A stretch of DNA of 64,000 bases, from positions 32,001 through 96,000 of IMG/VR virus record IMGVR_UViG_3300044705_000115; one strand, given 5' to 3'. Each line of letters starts with the position of its first letter. Positions within the stretch are counted from its first letter, which is position 1. A program made the translations under genes and the position numbers. Positions 56,844 through 64,000 of the stretch are shown here, one piece after another. The DNA is from a virus. A model generated the notes under the pieces. It was not told where the DNA came from and made no database searches. It saw only the letters and a list, made by a program, of their open reading frames with translations.

Positions 56844-57724
56844 CAGTCCGGTTCGCTCCTCCGCCGACCGGGCGTGTCGATGCTGCGGCGGGCAGTTCGG
56901 CTCGAGCGGGCCACGCCGTCGTTGACCACGGCCCCCTGCCACGCCTTCGGCCCGAAGATGTTGCCGACCCGGGCCGGGCCGGTCCACCAGGGGTTGTCGA
57001 AGTTCCGATCAACGATGGCCCGAAGCTCCTCGGCCGTGATGCCCTCGGATTCGCGGAGACGTTCGACGATCCGTTTCAGCGATTCGGTGGCGCCGTTGGC
57101 GCGGCCAAGGAGTCGGAGGCGAGAGCCATTCCGCTCGTTGAACTGCTGCAGAGCAGCATCGGCCAGGGCCAACTCCTCCTCGGTGACTTTCAGCCTGCCG
57201 ACAGTCGGCAACGGGAGGTTGCGGCGCCGTTTGCCAATGGCCGACGCCGTGTCTTTCAAGTCGTCTTTCAGGTTCCTTTCAGATGCCTTATTAGTGCGCC
57301 CCCCAGAATTTGGACTTTGCTGCGGGTCAGATTTGGACTTTGCTGCACCAGAATTTGGACTTTGGTCAGCCGACGAAGGGGGGTGCGGGAATTTGGACTC
57401 TGCTGCTTCTGAGTGGTTGGAGCCATTGCCGTTCGCTGCCTCAAAGGGGTGGACGACGATCACATCGTTGGCCCTCCCTCGGCCCTCCTTCTTGGACTGC
57501 GGGCGTTTGCTGATCGCGCCGATCCGCTTCAGCTTTTTCAGCGAGTTGATGACCTGGGAGCGGCTGGCGACATTCTCATCGACGAAGCCCTGGATGCCGT
57601 GCCAGCACTCCCTGTCCCCGTTGGCCCAGAAGGAGGCTTTGAGCAGCACGACCTTGTCCGAGTCGGTCAACTCCGTTCCGCTCTTGATCAGCGCCCATGC
57701 CTCTTTCTCCACCGCGAAACTCAC
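56840..57724 (-). CDS. phage replication initiator (HTH N-terminus)
   Basis: N-terminal winged HTH; internal iterons; upstream of the DnaC-like gene. Confidence 0.75.
   Translation of the reverse strand: MSFAVEKEAWALIKSGTELTDSDKVVLLKASFWANGDRECWHGIQGFVDENVASRSQVINSLKKLKRIGAISKRPQSKKEGRGRANDVIVVHPFEAANGNGSNHSEAAESKFPHPPSSADQSPNSGAAKSKSDPQQSPNSGGRTNKASERNLKDDLKDTASAIGKRRRNLPLPTVGRLKVTEEELALADAALQQFNERNGSRLRLLGRANGATESLKRIVERLRESEGITAEELRAIVDRNFDNPWWTGPARVGNIFGPKAWQGAVVNDGVARSSRTARRSIDTPGRRRSEPDW
57308..57406. repeat. four iterons ATTTGGACT(T/C)TG(CTGC); probable replication origin
   Basis: Copies at 57308, 57331, 57353 and 57391; adjacent AT-richer CTTTCA x3 tract at about 57252-57293. Confidence 0.75.
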
Positions 57725-57797
57725 GCGCCTCTACCTACCTGCTGCGGGTAGACGAGGAAGGACATGATCGCGGGATTTGCGCCGGGAACCTGTGCGT

Positions 57798-58169
57798 CTA
57801 CTCCTCCTCCATGAACTTCGCCTTGTGGACCCGTTCGACGCCGATGATCCCCGCGCCTTTGGCCTTGATGTCCTTGAAGTTCGGCAGGCCGACCTCGAAG
57901 ACGCCGCTGGCGATGACGGTGCCGTCGGCGTCGGCGACGCTGACCGTGAGCCGGTTGCCAGCGTGGAGGTCCTTACGCACCGGCAGGTCGCCAGCGAGCT
58001 TGACCGAGCCGCTGATGAAGGCATCGCGCTCGCTCAGCTCGGGCCGGTGGCGAACCTCAAGGGAGAGCTGGGTCGGCACTCCGCTGTCGGGGCCGCGCCA
58101 GCGCCGGCGGCGCTTCTCGGCCAGGTCCTCGATTGAGTCGGCGCCGGGGCGGTCGGAGTCATCGGGCAT
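57798..58169 (-). CDS. hypothetical protein
   Basis: GAGGAGG RBS. Confidence 0.6.
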   Translation of the reverse strand: MPDDSDRPGADSIEDLAEKRRRRWRGPDSGVPTQLSLEVRHRPELSERDAFISGSVKLAGDLPVRKDLHAGNRLTVSVADADGTVIASGVFEVGLPNFKDIKAKGAGIIGVERVHKAKFMEEE

Positions 58170-58644
58170 GTTCTTCCTCCTCTGTGTGTTCTCTTTCGAG
58201 CGCGTAGAGGAGATCGTGGATCTCCGCCACGAGCAGGGCATTCGGTGCTTTTGCGGTCACGACCGCAATTCCGAGACGACGCATCCCGGAGTGATGGTCG
58301 CCGTGACAGGTGGTGCAGAGAGGCATCCGCCATCGCGGGTCCCAGGCGACCGCGAAGACCTCCCATTCCGAGTAGCCGCGGTCTCGCAGGATTCGTTCGA
58401 TGACCTGTCTCCGCAGCACATGGTGGGCGTGCAGTTTTACCGCTGGCGCAGCAAGTCCGCAAGAGGCGCATTGTCGTCGCCGCGCATCTCCCAGGAACAG
58501 CCCCATCAGCGACCGCTCGATCTTCGTCAGCTTCGGTTTCGTCTTCCGCCGGAGCGGCGTCTTGCGCTTCAAGGGAGCGCCCCTTTTGAGCGGCGTTTTG
58601 CGCTGGAGGGGTTTCCCTCGCCGGAGGGGGCCGGAGCGCTTCAC
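58159..58644 (-). CDS. HNH-like endonuclease
   Basis: MKRxxLxRK repeats; CASC...HAHH...LCTTCHGDHH. Confidence 0.7.
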   Translation of the reverse strand: MKRSGPLRRGKPLQRKTPLKRGAPLKRKTPLRRKTKPKLTKIERSLMGLFLGDARRRQCASCGLAAPAVKLHAHHVLRRQVIERILRDRGYSEWEVFAVAWDPRWRMPLCTTCHGDHHSGMRRLGIAVVTAKAPNALLVAEIHDLLYALEREHTEEEEHAR

Positions 58645-60353
58645 GCGGGCGCTCCGTCGCTCTCAGGCGCCTCTGCGGGGACGTTCATCAGCGGCGCGTC
58701 GTCTCGCAGCCGCTTCCTCGCCTGCTCCGCGTACTCAGGGTTGAGCTCGACGCCCACGAAGGAGCGACCGAGCCGCAGCGCCACGAGGCCCGTCGTACCG
58801 GCGCCAGCGAACGGGTCGAGGACGACAGCAGGCATGGTGGGGGCGGGTACCCAGTCAGGAGGGTCGACTGGCTCCAGCCGCCCCTCCTCGATCAGCGTGG
58901 CGAGGACGCGCTGCGGCAACGGTCGGCCACCGCCGGCATCGAGCCGCAGGTAGTGCGCCCACGCCTCGTAACTCAGCTCGAAGCGTTCGCGTAGCGCCAG
59001 CGCCTCATCAGCCGAGAGGAGTCGGAGCTGCCTGGCGTAGCCGCGCTGCTGGAAGCGGGTGATGGTCGAGCGCCCGGCGCCCGCCCCGCGTGGCCGCGAG
59101 AACCCCGCCCGCCCCACATCGAGGGAGGGATCGTCGGTGCCACCTTCGCCAGTCGGTGACTCGATCAGGTCGAGATCATCCGGTTTCAGGCCGCCGGAGC
59201 CGCACGAGCATCCCGGCCGCCAGCCCAGCGTCTCGACCTTCGTCTCGTAGCGCCAGTGGCCGACACCCTGGGCACCGATCCGGCCAGCATCGTCCTGCGC
59301 CCAGCCACCCTCGACTGGCTCGCTATCGACCGTGCGCTCGCGGGCGACCATCCGCACCCACGGCGTCCCGCAGACGACGCAGACGCCGCCTTCGGGCGTC
59401 CCCGCCCTCAGGCACGGCTCGACCAGCTTCGGCGGGAAGGTGGCGAAGTGGGCGTCCTTGTAGGGGACGGTGGCGATCTCCCAGACCGACCGCTTGTTGC
59501 GGCCACCGGGCGGCAGCGCCTTCTCTGCCGAGTTGGCGAGGTCGTGGCGACCCGGCCCGTCCTCCCACTTGTGGCCCTCGTTGTGCCATGTCCGCTGCAC
59601 GCGCTTGACCGAGACCGGCTTGTGCGGCTCGCGGATCGCATCGCGGTCGTAGAAGTAGCAACCCGACTTCGCCAGCAGGAAGACCTGCTCGTGCGCCTTG
59701 GTCGGCCGGTCGCGCACGGACTCAGGCATCGGGTTCGGCTTGGCCCAGATGACCTCGGAGCGCAGGTACCAGCCGTCCTCCTGGAGGGCGAAGGCGACCC
59801 GCCACGGGATGCCGATCAGGTCCTTGGGCTTGAGGCCGGGGACGTTGGCGCCGCTGCGTTCGATCCCGTCGTGGCGTGGCAGGCCGGCCTGCTTCGACCC
59901 GCCGGCGTGGCCCCCGTCGCGCCCGGCGTTGTAGCTGTCGCCGATGTTGAGCCAGACGGTGCCGTCGTCGCGCAGGACGCGGCGGACCTCGCGGAAGACG
60001 GCGACGAGCTCTGCGACGTACTCGCGCGGCGATCCCTCCAGGCCGATCTGCTCGTCAGCCCTGACCGCGCCGCACTTCCCGCAGAGCTCGCCGTAGGCGA
60101 CATCCTCAATCTCCGCGACCTTGTGGCCGCCGCCGCGCGTCGATACGGGGCTTTCGGCCAGCCCGAGTCCTCGCCGCATCTCACCCTTGATGTGGTCGCA
60201 GTCGGGGTCGCCTCCCTCCCAGGAGCCGGTTCCGTAGTCGCGCAGACCGAAGTAGGGAGGCGAGGTAACGACGCAATGGACTGATTCGTCGGGCAGCGCC
60301 CGCAGTGCCTCGCGGCAGTCGCCGACGATGATCCTCCACGACTGCTCTTTCAA
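58641..60353 (-). CDS. DNA methyltransferase, N4/N6 beta class
   Basis: VTSPPY, WAKPNPMPESV.DR, HFATFP and VLDPFAGAGTT motifs. Confidence 0.9.
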   Translation of the reverse strand: MKEQSWRIIVGDCREALRALPDESVHCVVTSPPYFGLRDYGTGSWEGGDPDCDHIKGEMRRGLGLAESPVSTRGGGHKVAEIEDVAYGELCGKCGAVRADEQIGLEGSPREYVAELVAVFREVRRVLRDDGTVWLNIGDSYNAGRDGGHAGGSKQAGLPRHDGIERSGANVPGLKPKDLIGIPWRVAFALQEDGWYLRSEVIWAKPNPMPESVRDRPTKAHEQVFLLAKSGCYFYDRDAIREPHKPVSVKRVQRTWHNEGHKWEDGPGRHDLANSAEKALPPGGRNKRSVWEIATVPYKDAHFATFPPKLVEPCLRAGTPEGGVCVVCGTPWVRMVARERTVDSEPVEGGWAQDDAGRIGAQGVGHWRYETKVETLGWRPGCSCGSGGLKPDDLDLIESPTGEGGTDDPSLDVGRAGFSRPRGAGAGRSTITRFQQRGYARQLRLLSADEALALRERFELSYEAWAHYLRLDAGGGRPLPQRVLATLIEEGRLEPVDPPDWVPAPTMPAVVLDPFAGAGTTGLVALRLGRSFVGVELNPEYAEQARKRLRDDAPLMNVPAEAPESDGAPA

Positions 60354-60814
60354 GCGAGCGCCCTATCGGTTGGCACGTAAAGGGTGCGCTCGCTGCCTGC
60401 TTCGACGGTCGTTCCCGCCGGTTCGACCCAGCCACCGCGTTCCAGCTCGCTCATCCTCGTGCTGATGCTGTTCAGCGGGATCGTCAGCTTCTCGGCGATC
60501 ACGGACGCGGTCATGCCCGCGAAGAAGACGTAGCGCGACCTTTCCTCGACCAGCATGTCGAGGATGCGCCCGCGCTGCGATTCGCGCTTGGGCTTGTTGC
60601 GGAGCGCCGCCGTCTTCGAGGTCTTCGGGTCGCTCGACCGCGCCTTCGGGGTGTCCAGCAGCGAGTCTTGGCCCGATGCTTCGGGCGAGATGACGAAGCT
60701 CTGGCCGTGTCGAATGCCGAGTTCTTCCAGCGCCCGCGCGAGGTCGTGCCGGTAGGTGGCCAACTCTTCTGGGGTGGCGCCGCGGTCAGGCCGGCGCAGG
60801 GTTCGATGCTCCAT
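60350..60814 (-). CDS. winged-HTH DNA-binding protein
   Basis: AR.SDP.TS..AA...GMTA..IA...R.SEL...G. Confidence 0.7.
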   Translation of the reverse strand: MEHRTLRRPDRGATPEELATYRHDLARALEELGIRHGQSFVISPEASGQDSLLDTPKARSSDPKTSKTAALRNKPKRESQRGRILDMLVEERSRYVFFAGMTASVIAEKLTIPLNSISTRMSELERGGWVEPAGTTVEAGSERTLYVPTDRALA

Positions 60815-60826
60815 TCGTCTTCCTCC

Positions 60827-62251
60827 TCAATCGAGCAGGCTTGCTTGGCCCGCTGCTTTCGCCATTTCCTCGCGCTCCGCCGAGCGAAGCGCGTCCTCCG
60901 TCGAGAGTTCGTAGCCCGCGTAGGGCGCCCAGCGCTCAATCCGGGCCTCGGCGATCCGCACGTACTCCTCGGATTTCTCGAAGCCGATGAAGTCGAAGCT
61001 GTCCAGTACTGCAGCGATACCGGTCGAGCCGCTGCCCGTGAAGGGATCAAGCAGGAGGCCGCCTGGCGGCGTGACCAGGCGGCAGAGCCACCGCATCAGC
61101 TCGACCGGCTTCACCGTCGGGTGGGAGTTGCGGGCGTAGCGGTCGGTGCCGTCGGCCTGGAAGGTTCCGGGCGACTCGTCGCCCGATGACCAGCGCAGCA
61201 TCTTCTTCTCGAAGTCAGCGAGGCCAAGGTCGCGCTCGAGGCGACCGACCTTCGGGCAGAAGAAGAAACGGCTCGCTCCGCCGACATCGCCCATCAGCCG
61301 GGGGCCGCCGTTGCCGCCGCTGGTCACCGAGTCATAGACGGAGTTCGAGCCGCGCTTGTCTGGGTAGCCGCCGCCGCTGCGCTCACCGCTCTGGACATCC
61401 AGTTGCTCTGCCGCCCCTTCGTCGAGGATCAGGTTCGCTGGCCAGCGCCCCTGCGCCTCGTAGTTCTTGCGCTCGACCATCGAGAAGTCGCCGTAGACCT
61501 GATTGCCGCCCGGCTCGGTGCCGAAGTCTGCGTGGCGGTTCTTGTCCTTCGTCTCCCGTTCGTCGCCAGCGGAGGCGAAGGGGATGCGCGAGCGGTCGAT
61601 GTTGATCGCGCCCGTGCCGTGCGCGGACACGTTGTCGATGACCGTTCCCTGCAGCGGCTTGCGGGCGACCACGATTGGCTCGTGCGCGGGCTTCAGCGCC
61701 GTCCCGCGCCCCTCGCCCGCGTCTTTGCTCTTGGGGAAGCCCTGCGCGTAGAGCCACATGATCGTGTCCCTGATCTCGAACCCGGCGTCCTCAATCCCCG
61801 CTGCGAGGCGGTGGTAGGTGCGCGAGCCGCCGAAGGCGAGTAGGTGGCCACCTGGCCTCAGAACCCGCAGCGACTCTTCGGCCCAGCGCCTATGCCATTC
61901 CTGCATAGTCCGGGCACGAGCTACGGCGCGGTCGCCCTCGTTGAAAGCCTCGCCCCGAACGCGCCAGTCAGGAGCCTCGCACTGACAGCGTTTCTTCCCA
62001 CGTCGACGACCGCCGCAGGCTGCACAGGTCGGGTTGGCGGTCTCGCCGCCGAAGCTCGGCCACTCGGTTGGACGCTCGCCAAGGCCGGGCTTCGACATCC
62101 CGCCTCCGTCGCGCCATGCGTCGATCCTGTCCCAGTCCTTGCCCATGAACTCCAGCCCATAGGGAGGGTCAGTGACCACGGCATCGACGGAATCCTCGGC
62201 TAGATCGGCCATCCCCTCGACGCAGTCGCCGTTGACGATGCGCCAACTCAT
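60827..62251 (-). CDS. DNA methyltransferase, N6/N4 beta class
   Basis: VTDPPY, GFPKS, HPTVKP and LDPFTGSGSTG motifs. Confidence 0.9.
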   Translation of the reverse strand: MSWRIVNGDCVEGMADLAEDSVDAVVTDPPYGLEFMGKDWDRIDAWRDGGGMSKPGLGERPTEWPSFGGETANPTCAACGGRRRGKKRCQCEAPDWRVRGEAFNEGDRAVARARTMQEWHRRWAEESLRVLRPGGHLLAFGGSRTYHRLAAGIEDAGFEIRDTIMWLYAQGFPKSKDAGEGRGTALKPAHEPIVVARKPLQGTVIDNVSAHGTGAINIDRSRIPFASAGDERETKDKNRHADFGTEPGGNQVYGDFSMVERKNYEAQGRWPANLILDEGAAEQLDVQSGERSGGGYPDKRGSNSVYDSVTSGGNGGPRLMGDVGGASRFFFCPKVGRLERDLGLADFEKKMLRWSSGDESPGTFQADGTDRYARNSHPTVKPVELMRWLCRLVTPPGGLLLDPFTGSGSTGIAAVLDSFDFIGFEKSEEYVRIAEARIERWAPYAGYELSTEDALRSAEREEMAKAAGQASLLD

Positions 62252-62484
62252 CTCTCGTCCGGGCGCAACTCCTCGGGCGGGATGAAGTCGGGGACGATCA
62301 GCCGATCTGCTCCCCCAGTCCGCCCGGCGATCGCATCGCCGATTTTCTCCGACATCTCCCCGATCGGCACCGCGATCTGGGCAACGGGCATCTGGAAGAT
62401 CGGGTCGAGCGCCTGGATGACGCGGAACTTCACGCGCTCCCCCTCGGGCGACTCGCTCTCGACTTCCCCGATTCTGATGAGCAC
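62248..62484 (-). CDS. hypothetical protein
   Basis: TAGGTT and CCGACCAAGGAGG leader. Confidence 0.6.
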   Translation of the reverse strand: MLIRIGEVESESPEGERVKFRVIQALDPIFQMPVAQIAVPIGEMSEKIGDAIAGRTGGADRLIVPDFIPPEELRPDER

Positions 62485-62563
62485 GGCGATCCTCCTTGGT
62501 CGGTAGGCGGCGAACCTACTCGGAGGACCGGACGGCGCGGGGCTGCGATCCCGCTATCTGCGG

Positions 62564-63877
62564 CTAGAAAGGCGGGTCGTCATCGTCGGTCGCAGCGGGT
62601 TTCTCGATCCGCTTAACTGACTCCTCGAGGGCGTTCATCAGCGAGGCATCCTCGGGCGTCTCCTCGACGTTTTCGGCGGTGTGCTGCGTGAACTTGGTGA
62701 AGGGCTTCTCGACGTAGAGTTCGTCGAGATCCACATTCGGACCGGCGAGCGCCAGCGCCGCCTCCAGCTCCTCCCGCGTCGGCCGCGACTTCCGCTTCGC
62801 TGGCTTGTAGCCCCAGACCCGGTTCGGATCCTTGGCGTGCTTGATCGGAATCGGCCCCCGCACATCGCCCCATGCCTTCATCGCGTTCTGGCGCTGCTTC
62901 AGAGCCGCTTCCGCCACCAGGGCCTCAGCGGCGTACCTTTCGGCGGTCTCGGCGTCAGTGATGGCGCCGCGCACGCGAGCGTCGGGGAAGATCGGGCACG
63001 ACGACGGGCGCGGGCAGAAGGAGCAGTGCTTGCCCGGCGAGGGAACCCACAGCTCCAGCCGCTCACGCTCGCCCGTCTCCTCATCGACCTTCGGCGGCCA
63101 GTTGCCATGCTCGACCGCCCGGTCGAAGCGCTCGACCAAGGCGGCGATTTCCTCGCGGATGTCGGGCAGGTCGTCGCGGGTGATGGACGCCTGGCGCGTG
63201 TTGCCGGTGCCGACCGTGCTGCCGGGGTCATGGCGGACGTAGTGCTCGCGCAGCGTCACCTCGCGCACCGACGGGTAGCGTTCGAGGACGAGGAAGCCGT
63301 AGAAGCGCTGCTGGAAGTAGCCCTGCTCCGACAGCTCCTTCGGCGCCGGCAGCGCCCAGGTGTCTTTCCAGTCGAGGACGACTGCGTGGTCGGGTTCGGG
63401 CAGGAAGAGGGCGTCGATCTGGCCGGTCATCCGCCGCGGCACCATGATCAGGCCCTCAGGCGAGTCCCACTCGTACTCGACCACCGCCTCCAGCCGCTCC
63501 TCGACGCTCGCCAGCTTGTCGATCTCGAAGGCGTTGTCCTTGGCGAACTTGATCACGACCCAGCGCAGGTCCTTGATCTGGGAGAAGGGGATGTTGATCT
63601 GGTCGCGCGGCTCGACATCGTGCTGCCGCAGGCACTCCCGCAGAAGCTCCAGCGCGACATCGGGCGGGATCGAGTTTTCGCCCGCCTGCTCCATCGCTTC
63701 GAGGGCCTTGGCGGCGAAGCGGTGGAAGAGGATGCCGCGGCCCTGGGGGTGGCCGTTCCAATCCTGCTCGTGGTCGATGTAGAACTTCGACGAGAGGGCG
63801 CAGTCGTCGAACTTGCTCAGCAACGACTGGCGGACAGTCGGGAACTTCTCTACAGCAGTGGGGTAGGGCAGGTTCAC
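62564..63877 (-). CDS. RecB/Cas4-like PD-(D/E)XK exonuclease
   Basis: S.L..F.DC, G..FH, GQID...VLDWKD, Q..FY and CSFCP...C motifs. Confidence 0.8.
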   Translation of the reverse strand: MNLPYPTAVEKFPTVRQSLLSKFDDCALSSKFYIDHEQDWNGHPQGRGILFHRFAAKALEAMEQAGENSIPPDVALELLRECLRQHDVEPRDQINIPFSQIKDLRWVVIKFAKDNAFEIDKLASVEERLEAVVEYEWDSPEGLIMVPRRMTGQIDALFLPEPDHAVVLDWKDTWALPAPKELSEQGYFQQRFYGFLVLERYPSVREVTLREHYVRHDPGSTVGTGNTRQASITRDDLPDIREEIAALVERFDRAVEHGNWPPKVDEETGERERLELWVPSPGKHCSFCPRPSSCPIFPDARVRGAITDAETAERYAAEALVAEAALKQRQNAMKAWGDVRGPIPIKHAKDPNRVWGYKPAKRKSRPTREELEAALALAGPNVDLDELYVEKPFTKFTQHTAENVEETPEDASLMNALEESVKRIEKPAATDDDDPPF

Positions 63878-63940
63878 GGCGGCTCCTCGGTCGGTTGAAT
63901 GCCATCCAAGGCGCTGCACCGGACGTACTGCTGCGGCAAG

Positions 63941-63980
63941 AAAAAGGCCCGCCGTCTCGTGGATCGGCGGGCCTATTTTT
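63941..63980. terminator. bidirectional intrinsic terminator
   Basis: AAAAA-GGCCCGCCG...CGGCGGGCC-TATTTTT. Confidence 0.8.
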
Positions 63981-64000
63981 GTCCAGACTTTGGATGAAAA

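Noticed and set aside
1-64000. Stop-codon reassignment
   Set aside because: Long conserved genes read through intact in the standard code, and both TGA and TAG are used as true stops with coupled starts
1-64000. Integrase, major capsid, tail genes, reverse transcriptase/DGR
   Set aside because: No recognisable motifs in this window; they may lie outside it, so lifestyle cannot be determined

Overview
High-GC segment of a tailed dsDNA phage or prophage genome. The host is probably actinobacterial, inferred from TANNNT -10 boxes with many leaderless starts and from the gene families present. About 100 mostly small genes lie almost entirely on the minus strand. Read in transcription order (right to left) they are: (1) RecB/Cas4-like nuclease, two N4/N6 DNA methyltransferases, replication initiator with internal iterons, DnaC-like loader, RusA and SNF2 helicase; (2) a plus-strand secreted collagen-like moron, HARE-HTH, GHKL ATPase-peptidase, HD hydrolase and a membrane-protein cluster; (3) a C5 MTase with an overlapping EcoHK31I-beta-like frame, a Dam-like MTase and ParB; (4) small and large terminase, portal, a tRNA cluster and a 1281-aa MuF protein carrying peptidase, kinase-like and degenerate ART domains; (5) about 27 kb of accessory ORFs. 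There are seven tRNAs, one with a D-loop hairpin insertion. The most novel signals are non-coding: a 222-nt tRNA-framed RNA, promoter-driven structured RNAs sharing a zero-linker double-helix (X-Y / X'-Y') motif, and a TANNNT-N7-10-CCGACCAAGG signature present in about 19 copies. Also notable are a segment-permuted papain-like protease and a GG-motif protein paired with a CxHP partner. All calls come from motif recognition by eye; no searches were run.
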